Positions 17,915 to 25,395 of a DNA stretch of 32,000 bases are shown in pieces. The first letter of the stretch is position 1, and the number at the start of each line of letters is the position of its first letter. Both the position numbers and the translations under genes were made by a program. Below the pieces are notes generated by a model. It was not told the DNA's origin. It was given only the letters and a program-made list of their open reading frames with translations, and ran no database searches. Source of the stretch: Paracoccaceae bacterium (GTDB lineage: Bacteria > Pseudomonadota > Alphaproteobacteria > Rhodobacterales > Rhodobacteraceae); contig CBDBBY010000001.1 of the NCBI GenBank assembly GCA_965203215.1, positions 293,856 to 325,855 of the forward strand, read 5' to 3'.

Positions 17915-19349
17915 TGCGGCGATATAGTGCTTCCCGAGACAGGTTGTCTGCCATGTTCAACCCCACCCCTCGTGCGTCGAAATCCGCGAGCAACTGGCTT
18001 AACCTGCTATTTTGATTTTCGCTGTCCATTGCGAAATCAACTTGAACTTCGCGCACGTCCAGCTTGCCGGTGACAACGTCATTTGTCAGTCGCTCGTAGT
18101 ATTCGCGAACAAGCTTGATTTGACGTTGAGCACCATTGATCACGACTTGGATATCCGAAACAAAAGTATTAAGGTAATCAGAGATAGCACTCTGTTCGGA
18201 GAGCGGTGGCAGCGGGAACTCCATGTTTCCGATAAATTGCCATTCGGCTCGAGGCATCTTTGCGCCGTATGTCGACGCATTTATTGCATCAATTACCGAT
18301 TTTGTGCGAAGCCAGCTCTCAAGATAACTAGGTAAGAGATTATTCTCCTTCAAACGCAGTACAAGAAACTCTCCGGAGCAGACACCCACACGGTCAGGGC
18401 GCGTCGCCTTCGCCAAATATGGCCGGAGCTTACCGAAAAGCACATCGTTGTTCTGAAAGCGCTTTACTTGGCTTTCGAACTCCGTATCGAAATCAACGTT
18501 TAAGACCTCGCCCGTCCAGCTTTCGACATGTTCCAGCGCGATGTACACTTCTTCTGGACAACGCCCTGTTGCCACTTCGACAACATTTTTCACGCAAGAC
18601 TTCAGCCGTCGCACTTCCCAATGCGCTGGAACCTCAGGCATCCAGTCGATGCCTGTAGCCTTGAAAGTCGTGTTGGGATTAAGGCCGCGCATCACCGCTC
18701 TGTCTATGGTCGTTTGTCTCCCCTCGTTCAGTAGTGCGACCAGTCGCTCTTTGGCATCGACAAAAGACTCGACGTGGCTACCGACATGATCAAGAAATCG
18801 GGCTATAGCACTTTGTTCCGTGAGAGGAGGATACGGGAGTATTAGGTGCTTAAGTTGACTTCCATAGATGTGCATCACGGTAATTCCTCGACCCATGGTC
18901 GCTTTCTGTGCGGTCGATGAGGGGCAATCCATCACATATCCCATATAGCGGGCCACAATTTCACTATGGGGTCTGAACAGTATTATATCGCCACCGCAAC
19001 ATGCATTTGTTTCGATAAGGTTTACGGCCGACTTCCCAATATCGTCGATTGTTTCCCCCGATGCTGCAAAAAGAACGTCTCCAAAAAAAATAGGCGTATA
19101 ATTTTTCGAGGACTCTCTGCTCACAAAAGCCCGTGTTTTCTCTATAAAGAAAGAATGAGTTGTATATAAATCACCGTACCGTACGCAAGGAATTCCTTCT
19201 GAAGCTTCATCCTCCTTACTTCCTCCTCTACCTTTCGACAATTTTCCTAACTGACCTAGTTGCCGCACTTCCCAATGCGCAGGAATCTCGCCGATCCATC
19301 GCGAACCGCTGTCGTAATAGGTTCGGTAGGGCTTGATCACGGTTTTCAT
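17901..19349 (-). CDS. hsdS: Type I R-M specificity subunit with ~45-aa C-terminal extension
   Basis: 482-aa ORF. Each of its two variable TRDs is followed by a conserved helix: LPYPPLTEQSAIARFLD... and FPLPPLSEQSAISDYLN...VTGKLDVREV. An extra tail (VQVDFAMDSENQNSRLSQLLADFDARGVGLNMADNLSREALYRRNASS) overlaps the PIN start. Confidence 0.9.
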   Translation of the reverse strand: MKTVIKPYRTYYDSGSRWIGEIPAHWEVRQLGQLGKLSKGRGGSKEDEASEGIPCVRYGDLYTTHSFFIEKTRAFVSRESSKNYTPIFFGDVLFAASGETIDDIGKSAVNLIETNACCGGDIILFRPHSEIVARYMGYVMDCPSSTAQKATMGRGITVMHIYGSQLKHLILPYPPLTEQSAIARFLDHVGSHVESFVDAKERLVALLNEGRQTTIDRAVMRGLNPNTTFKATGIDWMPEVPAHWEVRRLKSCVKNVVEVATGRCPEEVYIALEHVESWTGEVLNVDFDTEFESQVKRFQNNDVLFGKLRPYLAKATRPDRVGVCSGEFLVLRLKENNLLPSYLESWLRTKSVIDAINASTYGAKMPRAEWQFIGNMEFPLPPLSEQSAISDYLNTFVSDIQVVINGAQRQIKLVREYYERLTNDVVTGKLDVREVQVDFAMDSENQNSRLSQLLADFDARGVGLNMADNLSREALYRRNASS

Positions 19350-21460
19350 TAGGTTTCAGCCATTAAGATGTTGTCAAGAATCCCTTCAGTTTCTCGCTCC
19401 AGTACCCTTAATTCGGCCTCGATTTCTTTGAGAGGGCGCAGAGGTTTAGGTTTGTAGAAGTGTTGGGTGAATGAAACTTCATAACCTACTTCCGTTTTCG
19501 AAGCATCGATCCAAGCGTCGGGTGCATAAGGCATTACCTCGCGCTGGAAAAACGACTTGATCCCGCCGTCTTCCAGAAGGGGAACCCGTTCAGTGTCACG
19601 TAATTCCGGATCCGGTTCGTAATCTGCAACATCTATTCTATTTGCGCCTGTCTTCGCCGAATTGCATCGTTTTATGTCGGCATTGGCTATTGCAGACATC
19701 TTGAGCACAGGTTTTGCCTTTGGGTCTCGCTTACCGAGTTCTCCTTTAATTAGCTTGCGACGCTTCGACGTCATGTGAAGGTGGCTGGTTGCTGCAGATT
19801 CGACAGTCTCCAGAAATCCGTTGAAGTCCATATGTGGTCCTGCGCCGAGCTTTTTTGCGATGCCTTCAACTAAGTCGGCAAGCCGATTTTCTGATTCGTC
19901 ACTACATATCTTTCGAAACCGTCGCAGGGTTTCGGAATCGAGATCGACACTGAGCCGTAACGGTCGCTCAATGGTTATCCTTTTATACCCAAACGCCTTA
20001 TTTGGGACAATTTTCGAATGCTCACTTTTTTCCAGCGTCATGAATGATGAACAGATGCGCTCGATATCGCCGTCGCCGAGCGCGCAATTCTTCCGCCCCA
20101 AATTCTTTTGTAAAGGCGTGAACCAGCCAGTGGAGTCGATGAGTTGAACCTTGCCGCGCCGTTCAAGTGGCTTGCGGTTGCTCAATACCCAGATATATGT
20201 CGCGATGCCTGTGTTGTAAAATATATTTGAGGGCAGGGCGACCACGGCTTCAAGGTAGTCGTTTTCAATTATCCAGCGTCGAATGTTGCTTTCGCCCGAG
20301 CCGGCACCGCCGGTGAACAGCGAAGATCCGTTATGAACTTCGGCAATTCTACTGCCAAGCGGCGATGAAACTTTCATTTTACTCAACATGTTGACAAGAA
20401 ACAACATTTGGCCGTCACTGGAACGCGTAACCAAGCTGTATTCTGGATCATCACCATGTTGAATCGTAAAGCGTGGATCTCTAATTCCCTTCTTGCCGCC
20501 GAGCCGCTCAAGATCCAGCTTCCAAGATTTGCCGTAGGGCGGGTTCGAAAGCATGAAATCGAATTCACGCGCCGGGAAGGCATCGGCAGATAGCGTCGAC
20601 CCGTGTGCTAGATTATCAGCCTCTGCGCCTTCGCCTTTGAGGATCAAATCGGCCTTTGCGATGGCCCAAGTTTCCGCATTCACCTCTTGGCCGAAGAGAT
20701 GGACTGATACCTCTTTGTTGCGCGCGGCCGCTAACTCTAGCAGGGTCTCCTCGGCCACTGTCAGCATGCCTCCGGTGCCGCACGCGCCGTCGTAGATAAG
20801 GTAAGTGCCTGATTCGACGGCGTTGGCGACCGGCATGAACACCAAGCGAGTCATGAGCGAGATAACGTCTCGCGGAGTGAAGTGCTCGCCAGCTTCTTCA
20901 TTGTTCTCTTCGCTGAAGCGCCGGATCAATTCCTCAAAGATTGTTCCCATCGAGTGGTTGTCGAGGCCCGGTAAACGAATGCTTCCATCCGGGTTAAGCA
21001 CCGGCTTAGGGGAAAGATTGATCAACGGATCAAGAAATTTTTCGATGAGAAATCCAAGCGCATCCGCCTCAACGAGCGTCGAAATCTGGTTGCGAAACTT
21101 GAATTGGTCCAAAACTTCCTGAACGTTGGGCGAAAATCCATCCAGATACGCCTTGAAATCTGATTTAAGAGCCTGTGGCTTGGAGCGGGATGCAAGGTCG
21201 CGAAGTCGAAATAGTGACGTGTTGTAAAACGCTTCACCGGAAGTCTGGCACAATGCAGCATGCTGATTCGTGATTTTTTCCTTGTCTAGCCGTTCGCGCA
21301 ATTCGGTTACGGCTGCTTTGGTCGGCTCTAGCGCCGCGTCGAGGCGACGAATCACCGTCATCGGCAGGATGACGTCCCTGTACTTGCCACGCACATAGAC
21401 ATCCCGCAATACGTCGTCGGCGATAGACCAGATGAAGTTGCTGATGTTCAATGCGCTCAT
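19349..21460 (-). CDS. hsdM: Type I R-M N6-adenine DNA methyltransferase subunit (long form)
   Basis: ORF 19349..21478. The second ATG at 21460 (MSALNISNFIWSIADD) has better SD spacing. Motifs: AdoMet motif YDGACGTGGM and catalytic LSNPPYG. The stop overlaps the hsdS start by 1 nt (TAATG). Confidence 0.9.
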   Translation of the reverse strand: MSALNISNFIWSIADDVLRDVYVRGKYRDVILPMTVIRRLDAALEPTKAAVTELRERLDKEKITNQHAALCQTSGEAFYNTSLFRLRDLASRSKPQALKSDFKAYLDGFSPNVQEVLDQFKFRNQISTLVEADALGFLIEKFLDPLINLSPKPVLNPDGSIRLPGLDNHSMGTIFEELIRRFSEENNEEAGEHFTPRDVISLMTRLVFMPVANAVESGTYLIYDGACGTGGMLTVAEETLLELAAARNKEVSVHLFGQEVNAETWAIAKADLILKGEGAEADNLAHGSTLSADAFPAREFDFMLSNPPYGKSWKLDLERLGGKKGIRDPRFTIQHGDDPEYSLVTRSSDGQMLFLVNMLSKMKVSSPLGSRIAEVHNGSSLFTGGAGSGESNIRRWIIENDYLEAVVALPSNIFYNTGIATYIWVLSNRKPLERRGKVQLIDSTGWFTPLQKNLGRKNCALGDGDIERICSSFMTLEKSEHSKIVPNKAFGYKRITIERPLRLSVDLDSETLRRFRKICSDESENRLADLVEGIAKKLGAGPHMDFNGFLETVESAATSHLHMTSKRRKLIKGELGKRDPKAKPVLKMSAIANADIKRCNSAKTGANRIDVADYEPDPELRDTERVPLLEDGGIKSFFQREVMPYAPDAWIDASKTEVGYEVSFTQHFYKPKPLRPLKEIEAELRVLERETEGILDNILMAET

Positions 21461-21743
21461 GCGTTTCCCTTTCTTCATGCCTCGGTTTCAGTTACTTTCC
21501 GAAAACCCAAATCCTTTCCAAACGGATTGCCTGACACGACAGATGCAGTCAACACGAAAGCCCTATAGAACGGATACCATTGTAATCGAATAAAGAACTT
21601 ATCTGATTAAACTCGCGCGTATCGTTATCTTGTGAATTAAGGGGCGTTTATACATCAAGCTCGGATGCTCCCGCTTCGCAAATGGTGCATCCAGACGGCG
21701 TGTCCACCCCAGGAAATGATCGCTTCCGTTCAAATGCAATTCG

Positions 21744-22970
21744 CTAGAATTGTTCTTGCGAATGCTTTTTCAATTCCGCTCTCGCCACTTGCCTGCGGTG
21801 GACCGCATCCGGACCGTCTGCCAGCCGCAACGTCCTTAGACTTGCCCATTGCCGGGCAAGGGGTGTGTCCTGGCTTATTCCTTCCGCGCCGTGCATCTGC
21901 ATCGCCCGGTCCGTTATGCGCAACGCGACATCGGGAGCAACAAACTTGATCATGCTGATCCATGGCGCGGCGGCTCTCGCATTGCAGTGATCCATCATCC
22001 AAGCAGCCTTGAGGCAAAGCAGCCGCGCAGTTTCGATTTCCGCCCGCGACTTTGCAATCAAATCGTAGTTTTCACCGAGTTTCGCCAGCGACGAGCCGAA
22101 GGCGGTCCGCAAGACAGATCGCCTGCAAAGCATTTCCAAAGCCAATTCGGCTTGGCCGATTGCTCTCATGCAGTGATGGATCCGTCCCGGGCCGAGGCGC
22201 CCTTGAGCGATTTCGAAACCTGCGCCTTCGCGCAGGATCAAGTTTTCCGCCGGCACCCTCGCGTTTGCAAAACGAAAATGCATATGGCCGTGCGGCGCAT
22301 CGTCGTGGCCGAATACAGTCATCGGGCGGAGGATGTCCACGCCGTCGGTGTCAGCCGGAACCATGATCATGGAGTGGTTTTGGTGGCGCGGGCCATCTTC
22401 TGATGTTTGAACCATGACAATGTAAACACGGCAACGTGGGTCTCCCGCGCCGGTTGCCCACCATTTCTCGCCGTTCAGTATGTATTCGTCTCCGTCGCGT
22501 ACGCATGACATGGAGATGTTCGTCGCGTCGGATGAAGCAACATTCGGCTCTGTCATCAGAAAGGCGGACCTGATCTCGCCACGCATCAGCGGTCCGAGCC
22601 ATTTTTCCTTCATCCGCTCGGATCCGTAGCGAATCAGGAGCTCCATGTTTCCCGTGTCCGGCGCGTTGCAGTTGAACACTTCTGGCGCCAAGTGCGACTT
22701 GCCCATCTCTTCTGCCAAGTAGGCATATTCGACGGTTGTCAGGTTTGCGCCGCCGTGTTCGCCGGTCAGCCAAAGATTCCAGAGACCTTTGGATTTGGCG
22801 TCGTGTTTCAGCGTTCGGAGGATTTCGGACTGCCGGGCGGTGAGTGTCCAGCGGTCCCCATTTTCCACTTCCCGGAGAAACTCTTCGTCAAGCGGCACGA
22901 CGCGGTCGCGGATGAATTTTTTCAGGTTGCTCAGAATTGGATTCAGTCGATCTGAAATTCCTAAATCCAT
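21744..22970 (-). CDS. Acyl-CoA dehydrogenase family protein
   Basis: 408-aa ORF with the typical ACAD layout (SAFLMTEP...SSDATN..., GEKWWATG, C-terminal helical domain ...QMHGAEG). Confidence 0.88.
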   Translation of the reverse strand: MDLGISDRLNPILSNLKKFIRDRVVPLDEEFLREVENGDRWTLTARQSEILRTLKHDAKSKGLWNLWLTGEHGGANLTTVEYAYLAEEMGKSHLAPEVFNCNAPDTGNMELLIRYGSERMKEKWLGPLMRGEIRSAFLMTEPNVASSDATNISMSCVRDGDEYILNGEKWWATGAGDPRCRVYIVMVQTSEDGPRHQNHSMIMVPADTDGVDILRPMTVFGHDDAPHGHMHFRFANARVPAENLILREGAGFEIAQGRLGPGRIHHCMRAIGQAELALEMLCRRSVLRTAFGSSLAKLGENYDLIAKSRAEIETARLLCLKAAWMMDHCNARAAAPWISMIKFVAPDVALRITDRAMQMHGAEGISQDTPLARQWASLRTLRLADGPDAVHRRQVARAELKKHSQEQF

Positions 22971-22983
22971 TTAAGTTTCCTTC

Positions 22984-23130
22984 GGTTCTTCCGATCTGGC
23001 GCATCATGAAGCGTTACGCGGCCAGTTGCGCCCATGCAAGCGAGTTCGCCAAGCTTCGTTCGTAGTCCTTTGCGAGACGCATACAGCGCGACTCTCCATG
23101 CGGTCATCCGCTGCTCGCGGTCGCGGCCAT
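22984..23130 (-). pseudogene. Remnant A: last ~40 codons plus terminal end of an IS5-like transposase gene (5'-truncated, frameshifted)
   Basis: The minus strand reads ...EQRMTAW / (1-nt frameshift) / SRCMRLAKDYERSLANSLAWAQLAA*. This matches the conserved IS5-family C-terminus (VERTFAW..RCRRLAKDYE). It is ~80-85% identical at nucleotide level to 24825-24935. The outer end GGTTCTTCCGATCTGG starts at 22984, 13 nt from the ACAD ATG. Confidence 0.7.
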
Positions 23131-23155
23131 CCCACAAGAGAGAAAACGTATCTGG

Positions 23156-24076
23156 CTATGCTTCAGCACCGAATAATTCTCGCTGCAATCTTCCGAAAAG
23201 CTCAACCGTTGTGGAACTCAGGTATCCTGAGTAGTCGTCGCGCGCCAAGGTGGCGGCCACGACACTCTTCGGAAGAAAACGCTTGAGCTCTCCCCTGAAT
23301 TTGTCTGTCTTCACGATCTCGGGAATTCGCGGCAACGCAGTTCTCAATGCCGAATCGAAGTCGGAAATCGCATAATCCGCAATCTTTCTCTCAACGAGGT
23401 CGGAGCGAAGCGTGGCGTTCCGCTGATGCAGCCAAGCCAAGTCCCGGATATCGCGGTGGCGGATATGGGTAGCAAGGGCCATCGGGAAAGCGACAAGCTT
23501 GTCCGCCACGATTTCTTCCATTTTTTCCGCGCGCAGAAGGAGATTGTCATATCCGTAAGGGAGGAAATCGTAGTTCCGCCTCAGCGTGCGCAAATCAATT
23601 GTATGGGCTGGGACGTTGGCGACCTCGATCTTGATCCGCTGTCGTGGCAGATCCGGCCGTCCGGGTTTTGTGACGACGCTGACTTGCCACTTGTCGACGG
23701 AGACCATCGCCGATTCCGGGTCTCTCTTTCTGTCTTTCGGAGATTTGACCGTTGCCTTCAATCCGTATTTGCCATTGAGATGGTCCATCAGCGCTGAAGC
23801 GAGGTTTTTCAAATCGGCGGTGTCGAAATCTTTGCCCCCTGCGAAGTCGAGATCTTCGCTGAGTCGAGGTGCGCCGTAGCAAAGACGAAGGCAAGTTCCG
23901 CCGTGGAACACCAAGGATTTCAGACAGCCTTCCCGTTCCAGCGTAAAGAGTATATCGTAGTGCAACAACTCCTTCTCGACGACATGGCCGATTACTTGCA
24001 GACCCGGCCTTTCCATCGCACGCTCGACAAGTTCACCGAAGTTTAAGTCAGGCGTCGCGGACCGATCCCTCCTCAA
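23156..24076 (-). CDS. abiEii: AbiEii/AbiGii-family nucleotidyltransferase toxin (type IV TA, DUF1814)
   Basis: 306-aa ORF with the NTase signature LVFHGGTCLRLCYGAPRLSEDLDF. It lies directly downstream of, and overlaps, an AbiEi-type gene. Confidence 0.85.
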   Translation of the reverse strand: MRRDRSATPDLNFGELVERAMERPGLQVIGHVVEKELLHYDILFTLEREGCLKSLVFHGGTCLRLCYGAPRLSEDLDFAGGKDFDTADLKNLASALMDHLNGKYGLKATVKSPKDRKRDPESAMVSVDKWQVSVVTKPGRPDLPRQRIKIEVANVPAHTIDLRTLRRNYDFLPYGYDNLLLRAEKMEEIVADKLVAFPMALATHIRHRDIRDLAWLHQRNATLRSDLVERKIADYAISDFDSALRTALPRIPEIVKTDKFRGELKRFLPKSVVAATLARDDYSGYLSSTTVELFGRLQRELFGAEA

Positions 24077-24629
24077 TCAGAATCTCGTTGAGGTCTGATT
24101 CGGAAACCATATGCAAATTGCGTCCAACTCGCTTCAAGTCGCGATATGCAGTAGCCGCTGTAGCGAAGCGCAGTGGTCGATCGAAATCTCTCGTTCCGCG
24201 CAGAATGTCGCTAGCCTTGCGACTCGTGTGCGTGAACTCAATTGTGCCGTAGGGAGTCGTAATCTCCGCTTTCCGTCCAGTTGTCATGACAGTAATGCGG
24301 TCGATCAGAATCTGCGAGATTGCTCCATATTCCGAGAGTGCGCTTTCAAGACTGGTATAGTTGTAGCACCCGTGCCGAAATGCCACTGCGATCCGTTCGA
24401 TCAGGTAATCTCGCGGTTGCCGCGAAAAAGGGTTGAAGTAGACTCCGGTTGCAACGCGCTGAAGAAATCCGGCCCGAACGAGACGACGAAGACCTTCGGA
24501 AAAGGATTTCTCGTTTGACTCAGGAAAGATCTTCCGGAGATCGGAAGTCGTGAACAGGTCGTGTCCCCGCATATCCCATTCCAAGATAGTCTTTGCTGCC
24601 TCGATTGTTTTCATAGCATTTTTCTTCAT
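24048..24629 (-). CDS. abiEi: AbiEi-family antitoxin/transcriptional regulator
   Basis: 193-aa ORF; an alternative start is MKTIEAAK at 24614. The N-terminal winged-helix part (FTTSDLRKIFPESNEKSFSEGLRRLVRAGFLQRVATGVYF) is typical of AbiEi. The gene is paired with abiEii. Confidence 0.85.
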   Translation of the reverse strand: MKKNAMKTIEAAKTILEWDMRGHDLFTTSDLRKIFPESNEKSFSEGLRRLVRAGFLQRVATGVYFNPFSRQPRDYLIERIAVAFRHGCYNYTSLESALSEYGAISQILIDRITVMTTGRKAEITTPYGTIEFTHTSRKASDILRGTRDFDRPLRFATAATAYRDLKRVGRNLHMVSESDLNEILIEEGSVRDA

Positions 24630-24645
24630 TTCAACAGTTATAATG

Positions 24646-24674
24646 TCTTTCTATAGGTGATTTGTATAGAAAGA
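24646..24674. promoter_or_regulatory. Perfect 10-bp inverted repeat (TCTTTCTATA-n9-TATAGAAAGA), candidate AbiEi operator
   Basis: It lies 17-45 nt upstream of the abiEi ATG, in AT-rich DNA beside a minus-strand TATAAC hexamer. AbiEi proteins are known to autoregulate through inverted repeats in their promoters. Confidence 0.5.
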
Positions 24675-24824
24675 TAAGTACCTAACGAAAGAAACGTTCA
24701 AAATAAGCCGACCCCTTTTGGATTGTTGACTTGGCAGGACGCAAACACCCAACATTCAGGGTTCTTAAGAGTGCGCATCAATATTCAGAATTCGTATTTT
24801 ATCTTTTATTATCAGAATATTGCA

Positions 24825-25190
24825 GGTTTTCTGATTCGGCACGTCATGGAGCAGCACGCGGCCAGCTGTGCCCATGCAAGCGAGGTCGCCAAGCTTCGTT
24901 TGTAGTCCTTCGCGAAACGCCGACAGCGGTACATTCAGGAGAAGATCCGTTAAACGGTCCAGCATCGATACAGAAACAAGAACCCTTTGACGTCGGTAGG
25001 TTTGCTGACGATTTGAAGCTCGGGCTCGAGCCTGAGTTTCTTGAGCGCGGACGCCAGCTTTTTGTCCCCGATATCCGCCGTCCGCCCAGATTTTCCGGAC
25101 ATGCGGCGCCGTCTTCAGCACCCAGAGGGTCGCGGCCTGAGCACCGTCCCGATCCTATGTCGAGGCCTCGTAAGAGCTCTTTGCAAAACT
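24825..25190 (-). pseudogene. Remnant B: ~115 C-terminal codons of an IS5-like transposase (5'-truncated, decayed)
   Basis: The minus strand reads DRDGAQAATLWVLKTAPHVRKIWADGGYRG / (frameshift in an A-run) / KKLASALKKLRLEPELQIVSKPTDVKGFLFLYRCWTV*RIFS*MYRCRRFAKDYKRSLATSLAWAQLAA. In-frame stops sit at the conserved E and W of VERTFAW. The outer end GGTTTTCTGATTCGG starts at 24825. Confidence 0.75.
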
Positions 25191-25191
25191 T

Positions 25192-25386
25192 TTGAAACAT
25201 GATCTGGCTGACTTGACACAGCGAGAGTTGGCGGACCGTATGAAGATATCTCAAGCCTATATTGAGCGGCTTGAGGGCGGCAAAGGGAAACCCTCCGCGC
25301 GCACCCTAAACCGATTCGCAGAAGCCGCTAGACATCGTGCCGTCGTGAATTTTGAGCCGCTTGCGGCGGGATTGCACCGATTATGA
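25192..25386 (+). CDS. Small XRE-family helix-turn-helix protein (possibly 5'-truncated)
   Basis: 64-aa ORF with only a TTG start and no SD. The HTH LTQRELADRMKISQAYIERLEGGKGKPSARTLNRFAEA is typical of XRE/Cro-type domains. It abuts IS remnant B upstream and ends 9 nt before the kinase gene. Confidence 0.45.
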   Translation: MKHDLADLTQRELADRMKISQAYIERLEGGKGKPSARTLNRFAEAARHRAVVNFEPLAAGLHRL

Positions 25387-25395
25387 GCTTTTGAA

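Noticed and set aside
24779-24822. AT-rich inverted repeat CAATATTC-n28-GAATATTG immediately outside the end of IS remnant B
   Set aside because: It is only 8 bp in very AT-rich DNA. It could be a weak hairpin or an insertion-site palindrome, but no function can be assigned from sequence.
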